Below are positions 39,000-47,881 of a stretch of 64,000 bases of DNA, piece by piece (within the stretch, counting starts at the first letter, position 1; every line of letters begins with the position of its first letter). The stretch is taken from positions 40,656 through 104,655 of the forward strand of contig CAZWIJ010000003.1 in the NCBI GenBank assembly GCA_964633865.1, read 5' to 3'. The stretch comes from an uncultured Candidatus Saccharibacteria bacterium. Its GTDB lineage: Bacteria > Patescibacteriota > Minisyncoccia > SW-4-49-11. The translations under genes and the position numbers were made by a program. The notes beneath the pieces were generated by a model. The model did not search any database. It saw nothing but the letters and a program-made list of their open reading frames with translations, and was not told the origin of the DNA.

Positions 39000-40079
39000 A
39001 TGAGTAACTCAAAAGAAGTCCGATCCAAAATGGATATTTTATTAGCAGAAAACCCTATAAATATACCAAATATTGGAGAAGATGTTGTTGGAAAAGTTTT
39101 AGAAATTGGAACAAATGCACTATATATAGATTTAGGAATAGGAACTGGTATAGTATTAGGAGAAGAATTAAATGATGGATTTGGGACTTTCAAACAATTG
39201 AAAATTGGTGATGAAGTAACCGCCACAGTTATGAATCTAAACACTGATGATGGATATATAGAATTATCTATGAAATCTGCATCTGAAGATAAAGTTTGGG
39301 ATGACCTATATGAGAAAAAAGAAGCAAATGAGCCTGTTGATGTAAAAATTCTTGATGCAAACAAAGGTGGACTTTTAGTACAAATAAATGGAATTGTTGG
39401 ATTTTTACCAGTTTCTCAATTAGCATATGATCATTATCCTAGAGTAGATGGTGGAGATAAAAATAAAATTTTATCTAGATTAAATGATTATATAAACACT
39501 ACTTTTAGAGTATCTATTATAACTGTTGATAGAGATGAGAATAAATTGATTGTTTCTGAAAAAATAGCTAGAAAATCTGAAGAGTTAAATCTAATTAATT
39601 CTTATGAAAAAGGTGATATAATCGAAGGTGAAATTACTGGTGTTGTAAATTTTGGTATTTTCTTAAAATTTGGAACTCCTGAGCAAAAAATCGAAGGTCT
39701 TGTGCATATTTCAGAACTTTCTTGGCAATTAGTTGAAGATCCAAAAACAATGTTTAAAGAAGGTGAAAAAATTAAAGCTAAAGTTATCGATGTGTCTAAT
39801 GGAAAAGTTTCTCTTTCCGTAAAAGCTTTATTGGAAGATCCATGGCAAACTGTTGCTGTTAATTTCAAACCTAATCAAGAAATAAAAGGTACTATATTAA
39901 AGATGAATCACTTTGGTATATTTGTTCAACTAGAAGGAAATATACGAGGGTTAGTACATAGCTCTGAAATTGAAAAGGAGAAAGCAAAATATAATGGTCT
40001 CAAAGAAGGTATTGTTCAAATATTCAAAATTATATCTGTAGATCCAGCTGAACATAGAGTTAGCTTGTGTTTAGCATAA
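39000..40079 (+). CDS. rpsA: 30S ribosomal protein S1 (short form, four S1 domains)
   Basis: Repeated S1 OB-fold motifs (GEDVVGKVLEIGTNALYIDLG..., GDIIEGEITGVVNFGIFLKFG...EGLVHISELSW, IKGTILKMNHFGIFVQLEGNIRGLVHSSEI). Start placed at the ATG at 39000 (MSNSKEV...); the longer track ORF from 38907 adds a hydrophobic non-S1 leader. Confidence 0.75.
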   Translation: MSNSKEVRSKMDILLAENPINIPNIGEDVVGKVLEIGTNALYIDLGIGTGIVLGEELNDGFGTFKQLKIGDEVTATVMNLNTDDGYIELSMKSASEDKVWDDLYEKKEANEPVDVKILDANKGGLLVQINGIVGFLPVSQLAYDHYPRVDGGDKNKILSRLNDYINTTFRVSIITVDRDENKLIVSEKIARKSEELNLINSYEKGDIIEGEITGVVNFGIFLKFGTPEQKIEGLVHISELSWQLVEDPKTMFKEGEKIKAKVIDVSNGKVSLSVKALLEDPWQTVAVNFKPNQEIKGTILKMNHFGIFVQLEGNIRGLVHSSEIEKEKAKYNGLKEGIVQIFKIISVDPAEHRVSLCLA

Positions 40080-40106
40080 ATTATAAAATTTAAATCTAAA
40101 TTAATA

Positions 40107-41981
40107 ATGAAACAATTTAGTAAAAACATATTGTCTGGTGTATTATCCCTATTAGCTATAATAGTAGTATTTAGTTTTATATCATCACAATCAAAACCAA
40201 CAAGTGATACTATATCATTGTCTCAAGTTGTGACAGAAATTCAGAATGATCAAGTAAAAAACATTGTAGTAAAAGATAATCAAGTTAATATTACTCTAAA
40301 AGATGATTCTGTGAAAACAGCTGAGAAAGAACCTTCTGGAACTTTCTTGGAATCATTACAGAATTATGGTGTATCATCAGAAAAAATTCAAGCACTTGAT
40401 ATCAAAGTAACCAATAATGATGGTTCAAAATTAGCTCTCAATATATTTTTGAGTTTATTTGTTCCTATATTATTAATAGGATTACTACTATGGTTCTCTA
40501 TTAGACAAGCTCAAAAAGGAAGTGCTCAAGCTATGAGCTTTGGAAAGTCTATGGCTAGAATGGTATTACCATCTAAAGACAAGAAAAAAAGACTTACTTT
40601 TAAAGATGTTGCTGGGCTAAAAGAAGCAAAAGAAGAATTATATGAAATTGTTGAATTTCTAAAAAATCCTAAAAAATATACTGATATTGGAGCAAAAATT
40701 CCTAAAGGAATATTATTAGTTGGTCCTCCTGGAACAGGTAAAACTCTTCTTGCAAGAGCTGTAGCTAGTGAAGCTGAGGTTCCTTTTTTCTACACATCTG
40801 GATCAGAATTTGTCGAGATGTTTGTTGGAGTTGGAGCAAGTAGAATTAGAGATTTATTCAAAACTGCTGAGAAAAACTCGCCTGCTCTTATTTTTATAGA
40901 TGAATTAGATGCTGTTGGTAGATCTAGAGGTTCTGGAGTTGGTGGAGGTAATGACGAAAGAGAGCAAACCCTTAATCAGATTTTAGTTGAAATGGATGGA
41001 TTTGAACCAAATAAAGGTCTGATTGTACTAGCAGCAACTAATAGACAAGATGTATTAGATCAGGCTTTATTAAGACCTGGTAGATTTGATAGAAAAGTTA
41101 CTCTTGATTTACCAGATATTAGTGAAAGAGAGCAAATATTAGCTGTTCATTCCAAAACTAAACCTCTGAAAAAAGATGTTAGCCTAAGAAAAATCGCTGA
41201 GAGAACTCCTGGATTTTCAGGAGCAGATCTTAATAATCTTCTAAATGAAGCAGCTATATTCTCAGCTAAAAAAGATGAGAAAGATATTTCTGAATTAAAC
41301 ATTTTAGAATCTATTGATAAAGTTCTTATGGGACCAGAAAGAAGAAGTCGTATAATAACTGAAAAAGAGAAGAAGATTGTAGCATATCATGAAGCTGGGC
41401 ATGCTGTTTGTGCTTACTTTATGGAACATTCTGATCCTGTTCAGAAAGTCACCATTATAGCTAGAGGTCAAGCTGGTGGATATACTCTAAAATTACCAAC
41501 TGAAGATAGAAGACTTCACACAAAATCTGAGTTTGAAGCTGATATAGTAGTTGCATTAGGAGGATATGTTGCTGAAGAAATGATTTTTGGAGAAGTAACT
41601 ACTGGGGCTTCTAATGATATCCAAAAATTAACTCAAATTGCTGAGAACTATGTCAGATACTATGGTATGAGTCCATTAGGTCCAATTCACTATGCTGACT
41701 ATCCAAACAATAGAACAGGAGAAATACCAACTTTAAGCCAAAAAACTCTTGAAGAAGTTGACAAAGAAGTAAAAGGATTAATTTCACAAGCTTATACAAC
41801 TTGTAAAGATGTATTAAGTAGACATAGTGAAGAACTAGAAAGATTAGCTCTTGAACTAATAGAGAAAGAGACAATTGAAAGACCTTTATTCGAATCTATT
41901 ATGAAAAATGAAGTTAAACTTTCAGAAAAAGAAGATGATCTCAACACTAAAAAAACTAAGTCTACTATCAAAAAAGATTAA
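40107..41981 (+). CDS. ftsH: ATP-dependent zinc metalloprotease FtsH
   Basis: N-terminal TM, AAA module (GPPGTGKTLLA, IIFIDELDA, SRF region) and HEAGHA zinc-binding motif. 624 aa. Confidence 0.9.
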   Translation: MKQFSKNILSGVLSLLAIIVVFSFISSQSKPTSDTISLSQVVTEIQNDQVKNIVVKDNQVNITLKDDSVKTAEKEPSGTFLESLQNYGVSSEKIQALDIKVTNNDGSKLALNIFLSLFVPILLIGLLLWFSIRQAQKGSAQAMSFGKSMARMVLPSKDKKKRLTFKDVAGLKEAKEELYEIVEFLKNPKKYTDIGAKIPKGILLVGPPGTGKTLLARAVASEAEVPFFYTSGSEFVEMFVGVGASRIRDLFKTAEKNSPALIFIDELDAVGRSRGSGVGGGNDEREQTLNQILVEMDGFEPNKGLIVLAATNRQDVLDQALLRPGRFDRKVTLDLPDISEREQILAVHSKTKPLKKDVSLRKIAERTPGFSGADLNNLLNEAAIFSAKKDEKDISELNILESIDKVLMGPERRSRIITEKEKKIVAYHEAGHAVCAYFMEHSDPVQKVTIIARGQAGGYTLKLPTEDRRLHTKSEFEADIVVALGGYVAEEMIFGEVTTGASNDIQKLTQIAENYVRYYGMSPLGPIHYADYPNNRTGEIPTLSQKTLEEVDKEVKGLISQAYTTCKDVLSRHSEELERLALELIEKETIERPLFESIMKNEVKLSEKEDDLNTKKTKSTIKKD

Positions 41982-42031
41982 AATTTGATATGGACTAAAC
42001 GAACACTTAATGGTATAATATTAAGTGTTAA

Positions 42032-42105
42032 GGATGTGTAGCTCAGCTGGTTAGAGCGGGCGTCTTATAAGCGCCAGGTCGGTGGTTCAAGTCCACCCAT
42101 ATCCA
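42032..42105 (+). tRNA. tRNA-Ile with anticodon UAU (tRNA-Ile-GAU-like backbone with G34 replaced by T)
   Basis: GGATGTG-TA-GCTC-AGCTGGTTA-GAGC-G-GGCGT-CTTATAA-GCGCC-AGGTC-GGTGG-TTCAAGT-CCACC-CATATCC-A. The body is nearly identical to bacterial tRNA-Ile(GAU), but the anticodon loop reads CTTATAA. No encoded CCA. Confidence 0.75.
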
Positions 42106-42212
42106 CATTTAATTTTAAATAAAGCAAATCATATATTGAACATGTAACAGGTTATTGATGATATAGAATAAAAACAAATAAAACAATATAAAAAGCCATT
42201 TTAAATTTAAAA

Positions 42213-42254
42213 AAGCAGTATTTATTAATTTACTTACTGCTTTTTTATGTTTTT
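42213..42254 (+). terminator. Rho-independent terminator (stem AAGCAGTA/TACTGCTT with a 14-nt loop, then TTTTATGTTTTTT)
   Basis: Inverted repeat followed by a T-run, downstream of ftsH and tRNA-Ile. Confidence 0.5.
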
Positions 42255-42262
42255 TCAGGTTT

Positions 42263-42291
42263 AAATAGAATTTTTTAAAAAAATTCTATTT
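42263..42291. repeat. perfect 29-bp palindrome AAATAGAATTTTTT-A-AAAAAATTCTATTT overlapping the stop codon of the LRR gene
   Basis: Exact self-complementarity seen directly. Either a symmetric bidirectional terminator or a dimeric protein-binding site. Confidence 0.5.
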
Positions 42292-44539
42292 AACTTCTAA
42301 TTTCATCTGAAAGATTTAAATTATTTACTTCTTCTTCAATGTTTTTATTAAGATCAATATAAACACCTATTAAGCAATTTTCTAACAACTTATCTAAATT
42401 TTTTGCTATTTTGAGTCCCCTTAACTTTAAATGTCTTCCTATTTCTTTTGGTAATTTTAGATTCTCTATTGTCTCTAATTTATTTAAATTAAGACTTCCT
42501 CCTATCTTCTCTGGTAATTTGAGATTATCGGCTGTCTTTAATGCATTCAAACCAAGACTTCCTCCTATCTTCTCTGGCAATTTGAGATTATCGGCTGTCT
42601 TTAGTACATTCAAACCAAGGTTTCCTACTATTTCCTTTGGTAATTCTAAATTATCAGCTGTCTTTAATCCATTTAAATTAAGATTTCCTATTATCTTCTC
42701 TGGTAATTTGAGATTATCGGTTGTCTTTAACCTATCTAAATTAAGATTTCCTACTATTTCCTTTGGTAATTCTAAATTCTCGACTGTTTCTAATCTATCT
42801 AAATAAAGATATCCTCCTATTTCCTTTGGTAATTCTAAATTATTGATTCTTTCTAATCCACTCAAATCAAGATATCCTCCTATTTTCTCTGGTAATTTTA
42901 AATCATCAGCTTTTTCTAATCCACTTAAATTAAGATGTCCTCCTATTTTCTCTGGTAATTCTAAATAATAGGCTTCATATAATCCACTTAAATCAAGACC
43001 TCCTCCTATTTTCTCTGGTAATTCTAAATAATAGGCTTCATATAATCCACTTAAATTAAGATTTCCTACTATTTCCTTTGGTAATTCTAAATTATCGGCT
43101 GTCTTTAATCCATCTAAATTAAGATTTCCTCTTATTATATCTGGTAGTTTTAAATTTTCTGCTGTTTTTAGATAACCTAAATCAATATCTCCGTAATGAT
43201 AACCTATATCTCCAGATAAAGCTTCTTCTTGTGTTAAACTTATTTTATCTGCTGTTGTATCTAATATAAATGCTAAATCTTCTTTTACATCTCTTCCTCT
43301 CTTTACCTTTTCTAATCTTGGATCTTGATTATATCCAAAACTTATAAATTCCTCTTCTAATTCCCAACTCAATATTAAATCTTCTTTATTTAGTTCTTCT
43401 TTATTCTCTATTTTATCTAATATTTCTGTTAATCTCTTTGCATTCTCATCTTTCTTTTTGTATTCTTCTGCTTTATCTCCAAATTCTTCTAGCTTTTCAC
43501 TCAATATATTTGTTCCTGCTATATATTCATCCATATTTTGTTCTTCTGCTATTCCTCTTATCTCTACTATTTCTTCTCCTTCCATCCTGATTGTGATTCT
43601 TGGATTTTCTATTTGTCCATTCTTGTTTTTGCTATAATATATATAAAAGTCTCCCATTTCTAAATAGCTTTCTGCTGTTGATTCACTTGCTATACACCAT
43701 CCTGTATTTCTTCCTTCTAATGTCTTTGTTACTTCTTTTGGTTCACTTCCTTTCTCATATCTTATCCATTCTCCTTCTGTTATTGATAATTCTGTATTGC
43801 CTTCTACTTCTGCATTTTTTAAGGCTTTTGCATATAATTCTCCAAAGTCTGCTTTCTTGATTAATTTTTCCAATTCTTCATCTTCTCCTACTTCTATCTT
43901 ATTTTCTTCTACATATTTTATTATTCCATCTACTGCATAGGCTAATGCTTCTCTATTTAATTCTGGGTATGGGGCTACTGTTCCTTTACTTCTTTTTCCA
44001 AATTTAAATGTTTCTTTATCATATTTAGATAATTTTAACATTCCTTGGAACATCCAATACTTTGCCCACATTGGATAATGGCTTGTATCACTGCTTATTA
44101 GATAATCTGCCCATTTACCTAAACTTTTTTCTTGATCTTTGGCTATAGTTCCTATTGATCCTTCTTTCATTCCTGACCTTTCTATATCTTTTTCTGTATA
44201 TTCTCTCTCAAAAAACTCTCCTAGCTCTCCTCCTTGTCCTCTCTCTATTGCTTGTTTTCTTTGCACATTAAAGTAACTTAATGGTATTTCTTCTGCTTCC
44301 ATTACATGATCTTTGTATAGATATCTTCTCTTTACTCTTTCTTTTAACTCTTCATTCTCTTCCATTCTAGCATTATCTCTTTCTAATTTCCTTAGCCAAT
44401 TTCCTAGCTTTTCTACTGGTTTTTGACTTACTTTCTCTCCTCTTTCTTTTGTTCTCTTAGTTTCTGCTTCTACTTCTTCACTTATATGTAAGTTTCCGAA
44501 TTTTTTCTTTATAAATTCTGCTCCTTTCTTCTCTTCCAT
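42290..44539 (-). CDS. leucine-rich repeat (LRR) protein: ~450-aa charged N-terminal region of unknown function plus ~13 tandem 22-aa LRRs
   Basis: C-terminal repeats with consensus L-N-L-x-G-L-K-T-A-D-N-L-K-L-P-E-K-I-G-G-x (22 aa), encoded by 66-bp tandem DNA repeats. The coding strand is extremely purine-rich (E/K-rich protein). No recognisable domain in the N-terminal part. Confidence 0.7.
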   Translation of the reverse strand: MEEKKGAEFIKKKFGNLHISEEVEAETKRTKERGEKVSQKPVEKLGNWLRKLERDNARMEENEELKERVKRRYLYKDHVMEAEEIPLSYFNVQRKQAIERGQGGELGEFFEREYTEKDIERSGMKEGSIGTIAKDQEKSLGKWADYLISSDTSHYPMWAKYWMFQGMLKLSKYDKETFKFGKRSKGTVAPYPELNREALAYAVDGIIKYVEENKIEVGEDEELEKLIKKADFGELYAKALKNAEVEGNTELSITEGEWIRYEKGSEPKEVTKTLEGRNTGWCIASESTAESYLEMGDFYIYYSKNKNGQIENPRITIRMEGEEIVEIRGIAEEQNMDEYIAGTNILSEKLEEFGDKAEEYKKKDENAKRLTEILDKIENKEELNKEDLILSWELEEEFISFGYNQDPRLEKVKRGRDVKEDLAFILDTTADKISLTQEEALSGDIGYHYGDIDLGYLKTAENLKLPDIIRGNLNLDGLKTADNLELPKEIVGNLNLSGLYEAYYLELPEKIGGGLDLSGLYEAYYLELPEKIGGHLNLSGLEKADDLKLPEKIGGYLDLSGLERINNLELPKEIGGYLYLDRLETVENLELPKEIVGNLNLDRLKTTDNLKLPEKIIGNLNLNGLKTADNLELPKEIVGNLGLNVLKTADNLKLPEKIGGSLGLNALKTADNLKLPEKIGGSLNLNKLETIENLKLPKEIGRHLKLRGLKIAKNLDKLLENCLIGVYIDLNKNIEEEVNNLNLSDEIRS
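42400..43200. repeat. tandem 66-bp coding repeats (~12-13 copies) of the LRR gene, including two adjacent near-identical copies around 42950-43080
   Basis: Repeated ...ctctggtaattctaaat...ccacttaaattaagatttcctcctattttctctggtaattc... units are visible directly. The antisense ORF 42411-42806 is a mirror artefact of this array. Confidence 0.75.
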
Positions 44540-44856
44540 ACTTAATCCTAATTCTTTTCTTACTTCTTCTAATTTTATTTCTTGTTCTGATCTTTTCTCT
44601 TCTAGTACTTTTTCTAATTCTTCTTTCTCTTCTATATTTTCTTCTATTATCTTAGCTTCTAGTTCTTCTATATTGACTATTTCTTATTCTCTATTTTCTT
44701 GTTCTTCTTCTATTATCTCTTTATTATTTGTCATTTTCTCTTCCATATTTTTTTACTTAATTTTATTGTTTCTTCTTGTTCAACTCACTCTTTTATTTTA
44801 CTATCTTTTTACTTTTAACTCAAGGTTGGTTTATATATTTTGTATAAAAATACTAA

Positions 44857-46683
44857 TTACTGCCTCTTTAGTACATCCAGATAAACCTGTTTTGGTATAT
44901 GAATCTTAGCTTTATCAGCTAATCTTTTTTTACCAGCCTTCTGTTTTTTCAATAATTTATCTTTTCTAGTTCTATCTCCTCCATACAACTTAGCTGTAAC
45001 ATCTTTCCTAAAAGCAGATAAGGTCTCTCTAGCTATAATATTACCTCCTATGCTTGCTTGAATTGGAATTGAATATTGTTCTCTTGATAAGCTATTTTTA
45101 AGCTTATGAACTATTCTTTTACCTTCTTCGGCTGATTCATCTTTATACACAATCTGAGACAAAGCCTCTACTTCTTCACCTGCAACCAAAATATTCATTT
45201 TCACTACCTCTGCATCTCTATATTCTATAGGCTCATAGTTAACAGAAGCATATCCTGAAGTTGAGCTTTTTAAGGCATCATAAAAATCAACAATTATTTT
45301 AGATAAAGGAACATTATACTCAATCACAGCTCTTTCTTCTGTAATATATTTTGTATTTATAAATTCACCTCTTCTTTTCTGAATAATATCCATAACTCCT
45401 CCGATATATTCAGTTGGTGTCATAATTTCTAATTTTACCCACGGTTCCATTACTTTTTCTATTTTAGTTTGTTCAGGAAAATCTGTTGCTGAATAAATTA
45501 TTTCTTTTTCTCCATTTGTTTTGAAAATTGTATATGATACTGAAGGAGTACTTATAACTAAATCTAATTCATATTCTCTTTTTAATCTTTCTGTAATAAT
45601 TTCTAAATGCAACATACCCAAAAAACCACATCTAAATCCTTTTCCCAAAACTTCTTTTGACTCTGGTTCAAAAAATAATGATGAATCTGATAATTTCATT
45701 TTATTTAAACCATCTCTTAAGGTAGGATAATCTTCTGCTGTTTCTACAAAAATAGAAGCATATACAACCGGAGTAGGCTCTATATACTCAGCTAAAGGTT
45801 CTACTACAATATCATCTTTCCTAATAGCAATAGTATCCCCTACTCTTACATTTTCAACTTCTTTCAAGCCAGTCGCTATATAACCAATCATCCCAGCTTC
45901 TAATCTATCTGTTCTAAATTGGTTTGGATTAAATATTCCAACTTCCAAAGCTTCAGTTTCTTGCTTTTTTGCTAAAAATTTAATTGGATCAGCTCTATTA
46001 ATAACTCCATCGAATATTCTAACACTAGCTATAACTCCTTTATAAGAATCAAAGGTTGAATCAAAAATTAAGGCTCTAAAAGGTTTATCTAGAGAATTTA
46101 AATTAGAATGATTAGGTTCTGGAATAATCTCTATGATTTTTTGTAAGAGATTATCTACTCCAAAACCAGTTTTCCCAGAAACTTCTAGGATTTCACTCTT
46201 ATCAACTCCTAATAATTCACAGATTTCTGCTTTAACTTCATCTACTCTAGCATTAGGTAAATCTACTTTATTTACAACTGGAATGATTTCTAAATTTTGA
46301 TCCATTGCCAAATATACATTAGCTATAGTTTGAGCCTGAATTCCTTGTGTTGCATCCACTAATAAAATTGCTCCTTCTACAGCTGCTAAGGATCTTGATA
46401 CTTCATAAGTAAAGTCAACATGCCCTGGTGTATCTATTAAATTTAAATAATATTCTTTGTACTCAAAATTATTTTTTTTATCATCAGGAATAATATATTT
46501 TACCCTTACAGGTTGCATCTTAATAGTTATTCCTCTTTCTCTTTCTAATTCCATTGAATCCAAAACTTGTGCTTGCATTTTTCTAGATTCAATTGTGTTT
46601 GTTAATTCCAAAATTCGATCAGATAATGTCGATTTACCGTGATCTATATGTGCAATTATACTAAAATTCCTGATATTTTTCAT
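44857..46683 (-). CDS. lepA: elongation factor 4 (LepA)
   Basis: Starts IRNFSIIAHIDHGKSTL (G1). G-domain motifs DTPGHVDF and NKVD. LepA-specific C-terminal domain. 608 aa. Confidence 0.9.
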   Translation of the reverse strand: MKNIRNFSIIAHIDHGKSTLSDRILELTNTIESRKMQAQVLDSMELERERGITIKMQPVRVKYIIPDDKKNNFEYKEYYLNLIDTPGHVDFTYEVSRSLAAVEGAILLVDATQGIQAQTIANVYLAMDQNLEIIPVVNKVDLPNARVDEVKAEICELLGVDKSEILEVSGKTGFGVDNLLQKIIEIIPEPNHSNLNSLDKPFRALIFDSTFDSYKGVIASVRIFDGVINRADPIKFLAKKQETEALEVGIFNPNQFRTDRLEAGMIGYIATGLKEVENVRVGDTIAIRKDDIVVEPLAEYIEPTPVVYASIFVETAEDYPTLRDGLNKMKLSDSSLFFEPESKEVLGKGFRCGFLGMLHLEIITERLKREYELDLVISTPSVSYTIFKTNGEKEIIYSATDFPEQTKIEKVMEPWVKLEIMTPTEYIGGVMDIIQKRRGEFINTKYITEERAVIEYNVPLSKIIVDFYDALKSSTSGYASVNYEPIEYRDAEVVKMNILVAGEEVEALSQIVYKDESAEEGKRIVHKLKNSLSREQYSIPIQASIGGNIIARETLSAFRKDVTAKLYGGDRTRKDKLLKKQKAGKKRLADKAKIHIPKQVYLDVLKRQ

Positions 46684-46753
46684 AATACCTACATTATACC
46701 GTAAAATCTATTTTTTAGCAAATATAAGGGATATAATAGATAATAATTTACAA

Positions 46754-47800
46754 TTAATCCTTCATTAATTCTTTAAATTCTTCAACCATATCTACTGGAG
46801 TAGGATCTATTCCATATTCTAAAGCCAAATAATATGCTGTCCAGTCTCCTATTAAGATCATTGAGACAAGATTAGCAAGGTGATTACCATAGTCCTTAAC
46901 AACAAGATTTTTAACATCTAAACCTCTACCTTCAAATAGATTTTGTAATACTTTCATTCTTTTTACACATCTATCCTTAGCCTCTGATTCATTGTTTAAT
47001 AATACAAATTGAAATTTAGCTTGAGGATTAGTAAATCCTACCATCTCATTATGATTTAATTCTGGGAAATAATTCCAAAAACAAGGAGTTTTTGCATTTT
47101 CATTGATTTTAATTTTCCATAATAAAGCAGCTGTTTTAAATTCATTACTTGTATAAATAACTGGTGTTTTTCCTTTAATCAAAGTTGCCATTTCTTTTCC
47201 TTTTTCTTCAAAATTAGAAGGCTTTACATTAACTAATGCTTTTACTAATCTTTCTGATACTCCAGCATCAATTACTTTATATTCTACTAAAACTGTTAGC
47301 ATTGCTTTTAATATATATAATGTTGCATATCTTGGTTGAAACATTATATCAGGTTGTGGAAGTACAATAAAAGGTTTTTTTAATTCTCGTGCTTTTTCTA
47401 TCAATTTACCACCTGCTGCCATTGCAACTACAAATTCTGATTCCTCAAGAGCCGTCTCATAAGCTGATAAAGTCTCTTCTGTATTACCTGAATAAGAAAC
47501 AACCATTACAAGTGAATTTTTTCTAATTCTTCTTGAAGCTCCATAACTTCTATGAATAAAAACGGGTGGTAAAGTTTTATTGTCAGATAATTGAAAATAT
47601 GCTGATAATAAAAGTTCTGAAGGTAAAGCTGAGCCTCCCATTCCACTAACAATAATTTCATCAAATGATTGTGTATATTGCTGAGTGAATTTATTTATAA
47701 TATCTTTTGGAAAATTTTCTATTTCAAATTCTTGATGAATCTGTTCAACCGACTCTAAAATAACTTTTCTTAAATTAGATTTATCTAAGTTTTCGTTCAT
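46754..47800 (-). CDS. bifunctional phosphoglucose/phosphomannose isomerase (SIS-domain PGI/PMI family)
   Basis: SIS-domain motif IIVSGMGGSALPSELL and second SIS half; ~350 aa, typical of the archaeal-type PGI/PMI also found in small-genome bacteria. Confidence 0.65.
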   Translation of the reverse strand: MNENLDKSNLRKVILESVEQIHQEFEIENFPKDIINKFTQQYTQSFDEIIVSGMGGSALPSELLLSAYFQLSDNKTLPPVFIHRSYGASRRIRKNSLVMVVSYSGNTEETLSAYETALEESEFVVAMAAGGKLIEKARELKKPFIVLPQPDIMFQPRYATLYILKAMLTVLVEYKVIDAGVSERLVKALVNVKPSNFEEKGKEMATLIKGKTPVIYTSNEFKTAALLWKIKINENAKTPCFWNYFPELNHNEMVGFTNPQAKFQFVLLNNESEAKDRCVKRMKVLQNLFEGRGLDVKNLVVKDYGNHLANLVSMILIGDWTAYYLALEYGIDPTPVDMVEEFKELMKD

Positions 47801-47881
47801 ATATTTACATTTATTACTATAATTTATATTATTTATAATACTTATTTATTTTATCATCCAAAATCTAATATATCAATATAT

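Noticed and set aside
38858-39364. 168-aa minus-strand ORF overlapping the 5' part of rpsA
   Set aside because: It is antisense to a gene with unambiguous S1-domain repeats. The translation is Ser/Phe/Ile-rich low complexity. Treated as a shadow ORF.
42411-42806. 131-aa plus-strand ORF with its own repeat structure inside the LRR gene
   Set aside because: It is the antisense reading of the 66-bp tandem repeats. Its periodicity mirrors the LRR coding repeats and it has no independent start or terminator context.
44540-44909. 78-aa plus-strand ORF (44673-44909) and a 20-codon MEEK... mini-ORF in the LRR-gene upstream region
   Set aside because: The region is the purine/pyrimidine-skewed promoter region of the LRR gene and overlaps the lepA 3' end. 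The ORF product is pure L/F/I/S low complexity, and there is no supporting signal.
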